A stretch of 64,000 nt of DNA from Leucoraja erinacea (Eukaryota), in assembly GCF_028641065.1 (NCBI RefSeq), contig NC_073401.1, positions 22,444,001 through 22,508,000 of the forward strand, given 5' to 3'. The position numbers and the translations under genes were made by a program. The notes beneath the pieces were generated by a model that saw only the letters and a list, made by a program, of their open reading frames with translations, had not been told where the DNA came from and did no database searches. Below are positions 24,746-37,800 of the stretch, piece after piece (position 1 is the stretch's first letter; each line of letters begins with the position of its first letter).

Positions 24746-26691
24746 AAGAAAATCATATGTATAAATTCATTTGCCGGATAAACGACTCTAAAATGTATTT
24801 AACGATGCCTTGTCAAATATAGGTTTAGCACTACACGCTACGGGGACACTGGTATCGCTGGCTCGTTGTGGGACATTGATCTTTTCTATTCTGGATGTTA
24901 GAATCATGTATTGTGTTTTTTTATCTATATATTTATGATGTGTTTAGTGATATACTCAGATTTTATATGTATTTTATGGTGGCAATGTAGTTTTTATATA
25001 ATGTTTGTCGTTTGTCTGACCTTGAGTCCGAAATAACGTGTATTAACGATAGAGAAGATTAACCCATATTCAGATAAGCATAACTCTGTAAGAACTATAT
25101 TCTGGACTATAGTGACTTAATGTGGAACACAACTAAAGGGATTGGTCGAATTCTTTGTGGCATTAAAAAAACAATCAACAAGAACAATGAATTGTATTAA
25201 TAAAGGAATATGACTGTGTTGCTACATCAGAGATCAGATCTATGAAAATTTTTTTTAAATATTGTAAGGAAACCGAAGCTGAGGTTTGAGGGTATAAAAC
25301 CTTACTTGCAACACGACAGTGGTAGTCCTTACAAATCAGAACCAGGCCCAATTCTGCCTACTCTCTGTTCATGAAGCCAGCCTTCGCTTCACGATAGCAT
25401 GTTACCTCTAGTACATGCATCATTTTCCTTCTTTGGAAATTGCACGTTAATCTTCAAAGTATTCCATGACATTAGACAAACGTTGCTTGCCAAGTTGCTT
25501 GAGCACTTCGGCACAAACGCATGTGATAGTTTTAATATTCAATAATATTCACGTGTTCCAACTATCCTACTATGACGCTTATTCTCGTCAAATTTGATCT
25601 AAAGCATCCAAAGAAATACTACGGTCGGCAAAATACCTCTAATATAATCTTTGTGATCACATGCCTGTGAAAGGAATGGACGTGGCGGATAAAATATATC
25701 TAGGAGTGCTTTCTGTGCCAGTGCCAGACCCACTGAAAATACGTGGCCAGGTAAGAGGATGAAGCATCAGTGGGCTGATATTTTTGAGGGTACAAACCAT
25801 TTGCATTTTACCCGTAAAGAATGTTTGGAAGAATGAAGAATAGTCCCGAAATCAGGTTTCCGAATTGCAAGAAGGCCGATTTCAGTAACATTGTAAGAAG
25901 TACATTCTGGATCGGTATTCCCTAGTGGGTTGGAGCTGTATTTTCGGCAAAATGACTGCATCAATCCAGAGAAGTGGTCCTTAACGATTACAAGAGTCCA
26001 CATCACATCCCTATATTTAACGTATTAAGGATCACAGTCCTTCTGTCATTTCATCTTTACCTGAAATTGCACTGCTAACATAATCTGCGGGATAACCCTA
26101 CGGGGAACAGATTGCTTCTCGACCAGCTGCCCTGGTAAACGCTGGCCCCTCGCTGGACCATCACAATGTGTGTGGTTTTGCTCCAACCGAGCATTTGGAA
26201 GCGCGCTTCGCATACAGGAAACATTCCACACAGAAGTGAATGCTTGTTAGTCATTAACCCCGTTATTCTTCGCTGTGGCTTCTATGCAATGTACATCTTC
26301 CCCTGCGTAAAAACGATAAAACTATATTTAATACGTAATCTTATTTATTTTAGAGAATATCTAGGTTGCTTTAATACGTCACTTCCATTAATTTGTTAAT
26401 GTGATGAATGTCCACGTCCATTGTCAAGTGCTAGAGTATATTCACGCAGATAGGGCAGCATCTTTTGGAGGACATGGATATGTTTATGTTTTTTGGTGGG
26501 GACCCTGTTCCAGAGTCTAAAGAAGTTTCTCGATCCGAAATGTCCTTACGAGACCATCTACTCCAGCATTGTGCGTTTTACTGAAGATCCAGCATCTCAC
26601 AGTCTCATCTCATTGAACGTCACAACCTTGTTCTGTTCACCATTTCATTACCAATGTTTAATCTTTTGAGACTTTCAGTCTGCCTGTCTAC

Positions 26692-26693
<2 letters not shown>

Positions 26694-26726
<33 letters not shown>

Positions 26727-26727
26727 G
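26694..26727. repeat. (TC)n microsatellite
   Basis: Direct reading. Confidence 0.85.
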
Positions 26728-28571
26728 TTGTTCTTACCCCATGATGCTCGCACGTAGAGTTACACTATGGATCAAGCAGAAATAATATTCTGCCAAACTC
26801 CAACAAGACGAGTAGAACATCTCTATTACCCTATAATCTCTTTTTGTTTCCAAAACCTAAAGTTCCAACAATACGCCAAATTTTAATCAACATTGATAGC
26901 AAGATGCGGATTAGTATGCACTGGTAAGCTTCTTGAATCACTGACGTATTCTGGCGATAGGACCCAAATCCTGCAATTAGAAAGGGATTTCCAAGAAATG
27001 AGCCCCCAACAATCGCAAAGCATAGCAATGTATTTCGCACTCAACATCGCCTGTGACTTGTCTAGCAAGAGAGGTGCTCCTATGCACACCCTTTGCTCTT
27101 ATCCTGATTCGGCACGGAGGTGTTGTCCGTGAGTCCTAGGCATAATTGTAATGTATTTTACGTATTGCCAAGAGAGTCGTGGCAATATATTATTACTTGG
27201 GAGAGGATGAATATTTGGAATGAGAAAAGTATCAAAGAGCGGATTACTTTCTTCTGGATGAACTTGATTGTTGTTTTACCTGCATGAGGAATTGTCCAAT
27301 GTATCCAGTTTATGTAAAGCGTTAATGTGGAGAGATCAGAGGATAACTGAGCAAAGGCAACTACACTGCGTACTGAAACATGGTCTGATGTCATCATTTC
27401 AACTAAAATGTTGTTAATGCCAGTTAAATGCTGCATAATCATGCCACGGTATCACAGGAATGATTCCGCTGTTCCAACAGAGATAGCATTTCCGAAGTAC
27501 CGAAGAGTAGAACAATTTGGGAAACAATGTTTGGGACATTGATGCCTTTGCTTGACCTGTGTGCATGTCATCGATTTGCGGACGTTAATGAGATGCGAGT
27601 ATTAACTGTCCAGACACATCAGCAGTACAGCCCGGTCTCCTTTGATTAATTACCAGCGAAATCGTTAGTCCAAATATCAACATTTTGAAAATGTAGACTG
27701 TTTTTTGACTGTATTTTCTTGTTCATCGCCGTTAGCACTGATTCGCCCAGTGTTACTACCCTGCAGGGATAATACACAAAGCGATAGGAGCGCTGCCGCG
27801 ACAACTAGCGCGATTAGGTTGCGATATAAAATCTGCTTACATTAGACCAAGTATAAGGCAACGCTGGTTGCATGTAAATATCATTTCATATGTCAGATGA
27901 AGTTGGACAGAAATTATATCATAGCATTGCAAGCACGTGCAGACATCGAGGTCTTTCATATATAAAACTCGCCAGCAGCTACTAACATGTCGATTAAACA
28001 TGTTTCTCAGTTTCTTTTCTCAATTAAGTCAATTGCCCGTGCTAAGCCAGTGAACATGTGTGCTGCTAGCAAGCATGCTTTCCAGAATTACAGCGGTGTT
28101 GACGGGGCATTGACACCCAAATCTGCAAATTCGTAACTAATTTTGAAGACAATTGCTTCTTCACATTGCGCTTTGAAAGATTTCCTACACACCATCTTCA
28201 TCAGAATATTTACCAGTTTCAAATAAAATGTGTGTGTGCAACTAAAAGGGTGAAGATACATGTCGCGTACAGTAGTGCGAGACCATGAGATCGGATTCTT
28301 CAGCCCCTGTTGGAATGCATCCCTTCATTGTTCAAGAGTGAATGAGCAGTCGCCAGGAATTATGATGAGGTTATTCGATTAATTTATTTGAAGTCGCATG
28401 CCGTGCAACTGCACAGCAAAAGGTTCAGAGTAAATGAAAAGGGATAATTCAACACCTCCTTACAAACTAAACAAAGTCTCTTATGTGATTCAGTCTATAT
28501 TAAATCGTCCCGAGGTACAAATGTACCGAGATAAATTGTACCGAGATATTCGACACCAAGTCTTTATTTAC

Positions 28572-28755
28572 TTTGGAAATAATTTGACCCAGGAAAAATC
28601 TGGCAACTTCTGATTGGCGCAACACGCATTCTGATTTGACTGTTGAAGGATAGATAAGGAACTCGAGGTGACGCCTTGTCACACGCTTCGTAAGCGACCA
28701 GGAGAGAAACACTGAGGAGCCACTTCACCTGGCGTTCTCCGCTCAATTCATTACA
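28572..28755 (+). promoter_or_regulatory. Putative proximal promoter of cluster 1
   Basis: 27-bp block 28597-28623 is identical to cluster 2 and includes CTGATTGG (inverted CCAAT). GTGACGccttGTCAC at 28668-28682. Confidence 0.65.
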
Positions 28756-28804
28756 ATGTCTTGCTGGATCTCTCTAGTCTATGCGTTAGTGTTTTCCGCA
28801 GCTT
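28756..28804 (+). CDS. Leader exon, cluster 1 (MSCWISLVYALVFSAA)
   Basis: ATG at 28756, hydrophobic 16 codons + 1 nt, donor GTGAGT at 28805; homologous to 45991-46039. Confidence 0.9.
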
Positions 28805-28921
28805 GTGAGTATTTACTTCAACCGACATGATATTTAATCTCGAGTACGATTAAACCTTTCTATCCGTGATAATTCTACTGTTATTAGTTAATATTCTACT
28901 TTTATCTGGTTTGTTTTCCAG

Positions 28922-29266
28922 ATATAAATGCGCAATTTGCACTAAATCAGCCGTCTTCAAAATCCACATCTCTGGGACAGAACGTGGAAATTGCCTGTAC
29001 CCTGTCTGGCGGCAGTTTAGGTACTACCACCGTTTATTGGTACCAGCAGATTCCCGGAGCGGTTCCGCGGTTTCTGTTCTACTATTGGTCGGGCAGCAGC
29101 ATTACTAGAGGCTAGGGAGTTTCTGAACGTTTCTCCGGATCAGTGTCAGGCAACACTGCAACATTGACAATATCGAACGTGCAGTCTAGGGACGCTGATG
29201 ACTACTACTGTGCTGTGTGGAAAGATGCTGTAATCTTCGGCAAAGGAACGAGGCTGGGTATTGGCA
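28922..29266 (+). CDS. Germline-joined VJ exon, cluster 1 (interrupted by TAG at 29113)
   Basis: Acceptor ttttccag. Reads [113 protein letters not shown]. Has conserved Cys, WYQQ, DYYC and FGxG; donor GTAAGT at 29267. Confidence 0.92.
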
Positions 29267-29292
29267 GTAAGTACAATACCTTCTATCTTTGC

Positions 29293-29465
29293 GTAGACAC
29301 AAAAAGCTGGAGTAACGCAGCGAGACAGGGAGCATCTCTGGAGAGAAGGAAAGGGTTTTAGGAAGGAACGGCAGATGTTGGTTTAAACCGAAGATAAGCA
29401 CAACAAGCTGAACAGGCAGCATCTCTGCAGGAAATGTAAAGGCTCTGCAGTTCCTTCCTGCATAT
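29293..29465. mobile_element. Short Penelope-derived repeat in the cluster 1 J-C intron
   Basis: gtagacacaaaaagctggagtaac...gcatctctggagagaagg matches the same repeat family; absent from the cluster 2 intron. Confidence 0.65.
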
Positions 29466-30465
29466 TTTGTCTTTGGGTTAATGATATAGCAGTGAAAAGT
29501 AATTGGTTTTCTGTCGCTAATCGATGGTTCAAAGGAAAAGCTTTTAACGCTAATATGTTCAGCGTTCGACTAAAGTCGAGATTCCTTTGGCAAATTATTA
29601 GACGTAGCTCTATCAAAGGGCCCAGATGTTAGAACGGCTGTTTGTATTTTTTACACTAAATGACTTTAAATAAAAGCTGATTTTTTTTTTTAATTCCCCG
29701 CCACGTTGCGTCTTTTTTGGCAAATTAGTTGAGAACAGCAATGAAAGGACGAAATGGCTGTCCGGTTGTGTTATTATTCTTAATTACTTTGCGGACAACG
29801 AGCTAATAATTAAGAATTAGACCGAGAGTAAGGGAACGGGAAATAACTTTGGGGGGATAGTATTCGCTATTCAACCTCGGAAATCTGAGATCAATCATGA
29901 CTTCAAAGAGAAGAGACTGGTCGAGAAAAAACAAACATATACGTTTCAGCATTAATGTAAATCATATCAACGACTATTTAAAATGCGAGAAAACGGTAAA
30001 TTTAACGTGGCTGCAAATCTAGTCTGTTCATTGATGGCGAAAACGGCAAAATATTCTTGTCGCTAAAATCCAACCATTAGGAATATTTCGGTATCTGGTC
30101 TTAACAAATGAACAGATGAATTAAGGGAAGGTATTTAAACAAAACTAAAGTTTTAAGCGCGTTTAGTGGAACTTTGGCAGCAATGAAAACCCGCAACTGG
30201 CTGTCGGGTAAAACGCAGTTTTTTTTTATTGTAGCTGGAGCCAACGAAAATAATACTCTGGAGATCAATTCAAAACACTGCCGAAATAATATATTTTACG
30301 CTGCTGCGCATATTCTGTCCCATTGCCATAAATAGTAGTTATTGTTTGGAGATCTCACTTGGAACGAATGAATCCATGTTATACCAACTGTATTTTTAAC
30401 AAAGATAATGTTTTAACCGAAGCAGTTCTGCCAGCCCTACTAATCTGTGACTTTATTTTAAATAG

Positions 30466-30788
30466 ATCCTCTGCCCCCCGCGGTGTCCGTGCTTGGACCT
30501 TCAGCGCAAGAATTGACGGGAAAGGGAACGGCCACCCTGGTGTGTTTGGTGAACGGGTTTAATCCGGGTGCTGTGGAAATTGACTGGACCGTGGACGGCA
30601 GTGCGAGGAGTGATGGCGTTGAGACCAGCCGGGTCCAACAGGAGGCGGACAACACGTTCAGTGCGAGCAGTTACCTGACTCTGCCAGCCACAGTGTGGAA
30701 CGCACACGATCTTTACTCCTGTGTGGTTAAACACGAGTCGCAGGCAAGCCCGCTGCAGGCAAACATCGCCAGGTCCAGCTGTCTGTAA
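30466..30788 (+). CDS. Light-chain constant exon, cluster 1 (lambda/type II-like C1-set domain)
   Basis: Acceptor aaatag at 30465. PLPPAVSVLGPS...ATLVCLVNGFNPGAVEIDWTVDG...FSASSYLTL...YSCVVKHE...IARSSCL*, with penultimate interchain Cys. Confidence 0.95.
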
Positions 30789-31002
30789 AACCTCTAGATT
30801 CCAACAAATCAAACTGACAAATATTGTTGCTCCGTCTTTCATTTGTCAAAAATTGATATAAAAATATTCTCTATTATCGACTAGCATTTGCGGTAACATT
30901 GTCCTTTGTCTCGCTGTTTGTAAACGTCATTCAATTGAAGCAACTCGTTGTGAATTGAAACTCCAATGTTATTCAATCTGTTAAATGCATTCCCAAATAT
31001 TC

Positions 31003-31008
31003 ATTAAA
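31003..31008 (+). terminator. Candidate poly(A) signal ATTAAA, cluster 1
   Basis: 215 bp after the stop codon, followed by GT/T-rich ggtttgttttgttt near 31035. Confidence 0.5.
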
Positions 31009-31432
31009 AGACAGTGGTCTAAAGATTACATTCAGGTTTGTTTTGTTTACCCACGTGACTAACATACAAATACAGCTCGCGACTAAAATCAATAATTCAA
31101 TCTTAAGAGCGATACATGTGTTGGATTTTTATTTCTGATCAGAGAAAATCAAATGTATTTAATCAACCTTCATCATTTTACCTTATGGAAGAACCGATGA
31201 TAAATGTGGCCGAACGTTATGTTATAAACTGGTGTGATGATAAATTGGTTCATAGAGCCGCGCGCGCGCACACGCACACACACGAACAAAATGGGGCGCT
31301 CATGTAGAAACGTATTCGAGGGCAGACAGTAATCGTTATATGTGACCTTGCTAATACTATTCACTTAGCAATTCCAACCTATTTCATCTGTGAATTAACT
31401 GGGTGGGGCTGGTGGTGAGTGAGATTAATATG

Positions 31433-31625
31433 GAAACATAGAAACATAGAAAATAGATGCAGGAGTAGGCTATTCGGCCCTTTGAGCATGCACCGCCATT
31501 CAATATGGTCATGGCTGATCATCCAACTCAGTATCCCGTAAGGCCTTCTCTCCGTACCCCCTGATCCCTTTAGCCACAAGGGCCACATCTAACTCCCTCT
31601 TAAATATAGTCAATGAACTGGCCTC
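31433..31625 (-). mobile_element. CR1 3'UTR fragment
   Basis: (GAAACATA)n tail plus reverse-complement 3'UTR. Confidence 0.85.
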
Positions 31626-31814
31626 ATTGTCTGGCAGAATATGGTCTTTCTGCCTTTATATAGGGCGCTAGCACACATGGAGTATCACATATAGTTTTAC
31701 TTTCCTCGCCTAATAGAAGTACTGAAGTTCTTGGTTGGTTCCTGCTGAGCTGATTAGCGGGATAAGTGTACGCTGCGCGGAACGACTGAGAAGCGTAGCC
31801 TACCTTCTCATCCA

Positions 31815-32012
31815 CTCCCTACACAGTGGGGGCAATTTTACAGAGGTCAATTAACCTAGAAACCCGCAATCTTTGGGATGTGGGAGGCAAACCACGGCAC
31901 CACATGGGAAACGTGTAAACTCCTCACAGACAGCATCCGAGCTCAGGATCGAACCCTGGTCTCTGGCGCTGTCGAGGCAGCTGCTCTACCAGGTGCGCCA
32001 CTGTGCCGCCCC
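31815..32012 (-). mobile_element. tRNA-derived V-SINE
   Basis: Minus strand GGGCGGCACAGTGGCGCA...GGTTCGATCC...gagtttacacgtttcccatgtg...gcctcccacatcccaaag. Confidence 0.8.
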
Positions 32013-34489
32013 ACAATATATAATATATCAGCCACTGTAATATCTAAATCTCGTAGTGGTCTTGGCAGGAAAGGTGCAGACGTAATTTCTCCTGATTGAT
32101 GAGTGCAAACTATAATTTGCAGTATCCACAAAGCGCAGAACATAGTACAGCACAGCACACGAACAAGCCTTTCCGCACTCCATGCCTCTGCCGACATGAT
32201 GCCAAAACCAAATCTTATCTGCGGGCACGTGATCTGGATCCAGAAATCTTACAAATGCCACTGTTGCTTGTGTCGCCACCACCACCCTCGCCAACGCCTT
32301 CACAGTCCTCACCAACCTCTGTATATAAAATGTCCATGCGTCTCTCTCCTTAAAGCTATGTCACCTAGTCCTTGATATTTCCACTCTGAGGGGAAATGGT
32401 AATCATTCTCTGCCCTATCTATGACTCATAATTGTATATAATTCTAGCAGGTCTCCCCTGATAGTCAACGGTTACAGGGAAAACAACCCAATTCTGTCCA
32501 ACCTGTGCTCGTAGTTCAGGTATCATGCTGGTAAACATCCGCTGAGCCCTTTACAAGGCCTATAATTTCCATCTAGTATCAGGGCGACCAGAAATGATGG
32601 CAGTACCCGAAATGCAGCCTAGCAAAAGTCCTATAAAAGTTAGCATCATGACTCGCCTGCCCTTATCCTGAATGCCCTGCCCAATGAAGGAAAACATACA
32701 ATATGCATTCTCACCACTCTATATAGTAGTGTTGCCACTGAAGGAGATATAGACTTGGTTCCCAAAATTCCTCTGTACTTCAATACTGTTGTTATTAATC
32801 GAAAGTAGATACAAAATGCTGGAGTATGTCAGCGGGTCAGGCAGCGTCTCGTATATTTCTCCTCATAATCGACCCCTCCCCCAGCAGTTCAATGCTCTGG
32901 TTAATCTGCATCTATCATTTCATCTCTCATTTTTATACCTATCCCGCTGTTTACTTTGACAGCCTTCCTCACTGTCAGCAACCCAAACAATCTAACTGTC
33001 ATCTGTAAACGTATTAACTACTAGAGAAGGTGCAGAGACCTTTGTCATGGCTCCTGCAATCTCGTCTGTTGTGTCTCTCAATAATCTGTCCATTCATGCA
33101 CACTGCCCCTCAAGACACCCAACACCTACTTCTTAATCACACAGTGCCTTTGCATATGAATATTCGCCACATTGATCTCACTCTCCTCCTTGTCTTCTCC
33201 TTGATTAAAAGACGTACAACGACTATATGTTGGTTCACTCTCCCGCACGCGCACACACGCACACACTCACACGAATACAATAGCGCGCTCATGCACAAAC
33301 CCATCCGAGAGTGACCACTAACCGTTGCATAAGATCCTTCTAATCACTTGGGAATCCGATCAATTTCATCCTGGAGTGAAATGGGTGGGGCTGGTATTGA
33401 GTGAGAGTAATGGGAGGCAACCGGGGAGCCCGGAGAAACCCATATTATCACGTGGGGAATGTGCAAACTCCCAGCCTTGGTCAGGATCGAACCCTGGTCT
33501 CTAGAGTTGTGAGGAAGCAGATCCACTCCACACAGGTGCGCCGCTGTGGCACCCTACAATATATAGTATATATGCCTCTGTAAAATTCTTAGTGGTATTC
33601 GCAGAACATTTGCAGACGGTATTTGACCTGATTAGTGTGTGCAAGACTGAAGTTTGCAGTCTTCATAAAACGTAGAACGTAGAACAATACAGCAAACGAA
33701 CAAGCCCTTCGGCCCACAATTTCTCTGCAGACATGAAACCAAAACCAAACCTTATTTGCATGCACATGATCCGTATCCCTGCATTCTTATATATACTCAC
33801 CAGCACCTCTCACATTAAAGCTATGCCATCTCGTCCTTGATTTTTCCATTTTGGGGAGAAAGTGTTTTGACTCAATCCAATCTATGACTCTCATAATTCT
33901 GTATACTTTTGGGAGGTCCCATCTCATCCTCGGGCGTTGCAGGGAAATCAATCCAATTATGTCTCACCTCATCTTGTGGTTATTCTGGTTAAACTACATC
34001 TGCCATTTTGTCGCCCATTTCTGCACCTGGTCTCTAACCTGCTGCATTCCCCCTAATTGAGCATCATTCTGCTAAACATCCTCTGCATCCTTTGTAAAGC
34101 CTCCACATCCATCTAGTACTGGACCGCTCAGAAATGTAGACAGTAGCCACACTGAAGCATAACAAAAGTCCAAAAAAGTAGCATAATGACTCTATGGCCG
34201 TTATCCTCAATGTCCCGACCAATTAAGGCAAGCATGCCATCTACCTTCTTAGCACGATATCTAGTTGTATTGCCCATTTCAGAGAATTACGGACTTGGTT
34301 CCTACGCTCGCTCTGTGCACCAATACTGTTGTAATTCATTCTATATTTTCCCCCTTACAGTCGACCTCCTAAAGTGTCGCACCTCACACTTATTCTGGTT
34401 AAACTACATCTGCCATTTTGTCGCCCACTTCTGTACCTGGTCTCTTTCCTGCTGCATACGTTGACAGCCCGCAGTCCGCAACCCAAGCA

Positions 34490-34800
34490 ATAGAAACATA
34501 GAAACATAGAAATTAGGTGCAGGAGTAGGCCATTCGGCCCTTCGAGCCTGCACCGCCATTCAATATGATCATGGCTGATCATCCAACTCAGTATCCCGTA
34601 TCTGCCTTCTCTCCATACCCCCTGATCCCCTTAGCCACAAGGGCCACATCTAACTCCCTCTTAAATATAGCCAATGAACTGGCCTCAACTACCTTCTGTG
34701 GCAGAGAGTTCCAGAGATTCACCACTCTCTGTGTGAAAAAAAGTTCTTCTCATCTAGGTTTTAAAGGATTTCCCCCTTATCCTTAAGCTGTGACCCCTTG
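34490..34800 (-). mobile_element. CR1 3' end
   Basis: Copy of 2250-2558. Confidence 0.9.
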
Positions 34801-37800
34801 GTCAATCTTGGTGTAATCTGCAAATTTACTAACCAACCCATCTACATTTACAACCATGTAATTCATATATATCACACGCAACTGAGGAAGGTGCACAGGT
34901 GGCTGCAGAACTGCATAGGTTGTCGATCTCCTGTCTGGAAAGTGTCCTTCCACCACAACACTAACTTCTATCCGTAAAATAGTTCCAAATCCACACGTCC
35001 AAGTCACTGTTAATCCCGTGCAATTTAATCTTCTGGATCAGCCTACCATAGGGGACTTTATCAAATGCCTTATAAAATCCACGTGCACGATGTCCACTGC
35101 CGGGTTATTGATTACCTTGGTCACCTCCTCAAAACCTTCGATCAAGTTAGTAAGGCACCAGCTGCCGCGGATAAAGCCATGCCAATTAATATGTCTAAGT
35201 AAACCATTCTCTTCCAAATCCCAATCTGAAGAATCCTCTCCGTAGTTTATCATTCACTGATTAGTGGCGCACTGGCCCATAAATTCCCGGATTCTCTCTA
35301 CTTCCTCGGTTAAACAAAGGATCAACACTAATTACTCTCCAGTCCTCAGACCTGGCCTGTTGCTGAAGGTGCAAGGATCTTCGTCGAGGCTCCTGCAATA
35401 TTCCCTTTTGTCTCTCGAATAACTCGTTGATGTATCCACCTCAACGATTACCTTTCTTCACGACCACCAATACCCCCTCCTTCTTAGTCTCACAGTGCCC
35501 TTACATCCATGAAACTACCAGAGCAAAGAATATAGTAAAGAGAGGTTACAATATTACAGTTGCAGATAAAGTGCAAATAGATAATGCAAGGTCAATGAAG
35601 TAGGTTTGGAGCCAACAGCGAGGGAGAAACGTCCCTGACTCTGGTGGTACATGTTTACAAGCTTTTGTGTCTTCTGTCCGATGGAAGAGCGGAGACCAGA
35701 GGGATAATGGTCTATGATCATGTTGGCCGCTTTCTGAAGCAGCGTAAAATGTCGTAAAATGACAGTCTCTGAAATGTAGACGGAGTCTATTGGGAGAGGT
35801 TGCTTTTGTGATAGACGAGGGTACATTAGCAACTCTCTGTAGCATTTAGAATTAACAATAATGTAATTGTTTACAGAGCTATCAACAGAATCTAGACGGC
35901 ATATATCGACCATGGAGTGAAAGCACGCAGTAGAAACTGGTTTGAATTGATTTTCTGCCTAATGACTAATTGTGGCGACCAGTTGAGTTCCTCCTGCAAT
36001 TTGGGTTTTTTATCGCTCCACCTGAGAAGCATCTCCTTTAATGTGTCCATATGTCTACAGGCAGGTCAGCCTGGGAGGGAAGGTATTGCATTTGTAGTTA
36101 GAGGTGCTCGGAATGGCGAACAGTGGCAGAGATGGGGCAGCATGCAAGCAATCACGACTGTACCTCGCGACACTGAATTTCCGAACCTAATTAAACTTTT
36201 CAACATTATCATTGTGGCGCCTCACATATTCGCGTACACATCCACCTACATTTTTACTGTGATGCATATCCCGGCTGCACATGGCCTTTATTTATCAATT
36301 ACTTTCGGTCGGATGGCACAAAGTAATCACAAATCAGGAGGACGCACGACAAATATTCGCCTCACTCGTCTGGGTTAAAACCTCAGTAGTTCTGTCAATG
36401 TTCAATTTAATATTGTATGTGTAAATATTCTGGCAAATACAGTAATAAATTGAATTGGCAGATGGTCGATTAGAATGTAATTAGAAGCTACTTGGCAAAA
36501 GATGCTTATGTAGTAAGAATGATTGATAAGTTTGTTGATGGCACGAAAATTCGTGGCATTGTCAATATTGAGATTGCAGTCAGTTTGCAGATTGATGTTG
36601 ATCACCTGGTCAAATGTGTAAGATAATGCCAAGTAGAATGTAATCCTGATAATTATGTTCTGTTGTACATTGCGGCATTATATAAGTGTAAGTCACAAAT
36701 CATGCAGGGTAGGTTCCAGCATTGAGCAGCAACATTCGTTAATCTGCAAGTCTAAAGTTCCATGGAAATGACAGGGCAGGTATAACATGCTAAAGAAGGC
36801 TTATGAAGTACTTTCATTGTCCAGTGTATCCGATATCAGAAAACAGAGGACTACATCCACATTTCTAAAATATTGGTTATGTCACAACTAGAATACTCGG
36901 TGCCGTTCTGATCAGCACTGCATCGAACGCACAGGAATATTCTGGAGAGATTGCACAGAATCTTCATCTTGATGTTGCCTGTGATGGAATGTTTCAGCTG
37001 TAAGGTAAGCCGCGATATGCCGGTGCCGTTTTGTTAGGTGCATCTGAGGCTGTTTTGCAAACATGATTGGGATATTAAAAAAATATGAGGGACACATATA
37101 GCGCAGACAATAAGGCACTTATATTCATAGCAGAAGTGCGCAAGCCTGAAGGGCACAGGTCTAAGATGAACATTGAGAAACTAGCGATGATCTGAGGAAG
37201 AGGTGCCTCATCCAAAGAGCGGTTGCCATCTGAAATGCACTGCGCAAGAAGATGGTGGACGAAGATACTCTCAAAATGTTGAGGAAGCTTCTGGACGAAC
37301 ATCTGAATTGACAATCTATGATAGATTACAGACCTAATTTTAGTGAATAGCATTAATGTGGAAAGACAGTAGATGGGCAGATTATTAATTTCGATGATTA
37401 ACAGTTGATAGACATGGTGAGCCGCCGGGATTTCAGTATTTCTGTGCTATGGGAATCTACAACTTCCTATCTTTCTGACCTCTAATATCATCAACGTCTG
37501 AGTACGTTTGGTGAGTTACTACCCTACTGTGAAAGAAAAGGTTACCAGCACCCAATGCTTCCTCTCTAATCATATACCACTCTTACATGTCAGCGTACCA
37601 CCTTTTCTTCCTTTCTGCCGGGAGTAAATCCAAGAACGGCATTTATGGTGGGTTTAGGGATGTACCGTCACCAAAACGTGTGCAGCAACTCGAGAAGGTG
37701 CTAATCACGACGGTGTAAATCATGATGGTTACGCTAACAGTGTGCCTTACCAGAAAAAATAAACCACGTGCAAACTACATTTGACAATCACGATGCGTCG

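Larger units (their letters stand above)
28756..30788 (+). pseudogene. Ig light-chain cluster 1 (lambda/type II-like), germline-joined L-VJ-C, with premature stop in V exon
   Basis: Exons 28756-28804, 28922-29266 and 30466-30788 have GT/AG phase-1 boundaries. Spliced translation gives signal peptide, V, J and C, but codon 29113-29115 is TAG (TCG in cluster 2). Confidence 0.9.

Noticed and set aside
28922-29266. Processed (retro-copied) or TCR origin of the joined VJ
   Set aside because: Introns and upstream promoter homology are retained, and the single C exon ends in a light-chain-type xSCx* with no transmembrane exon.
31940-32012. tRNA-like A/B boxes
   Set aside because: Head of a V-SINE followed by SINE core; no complete cloverleaf.
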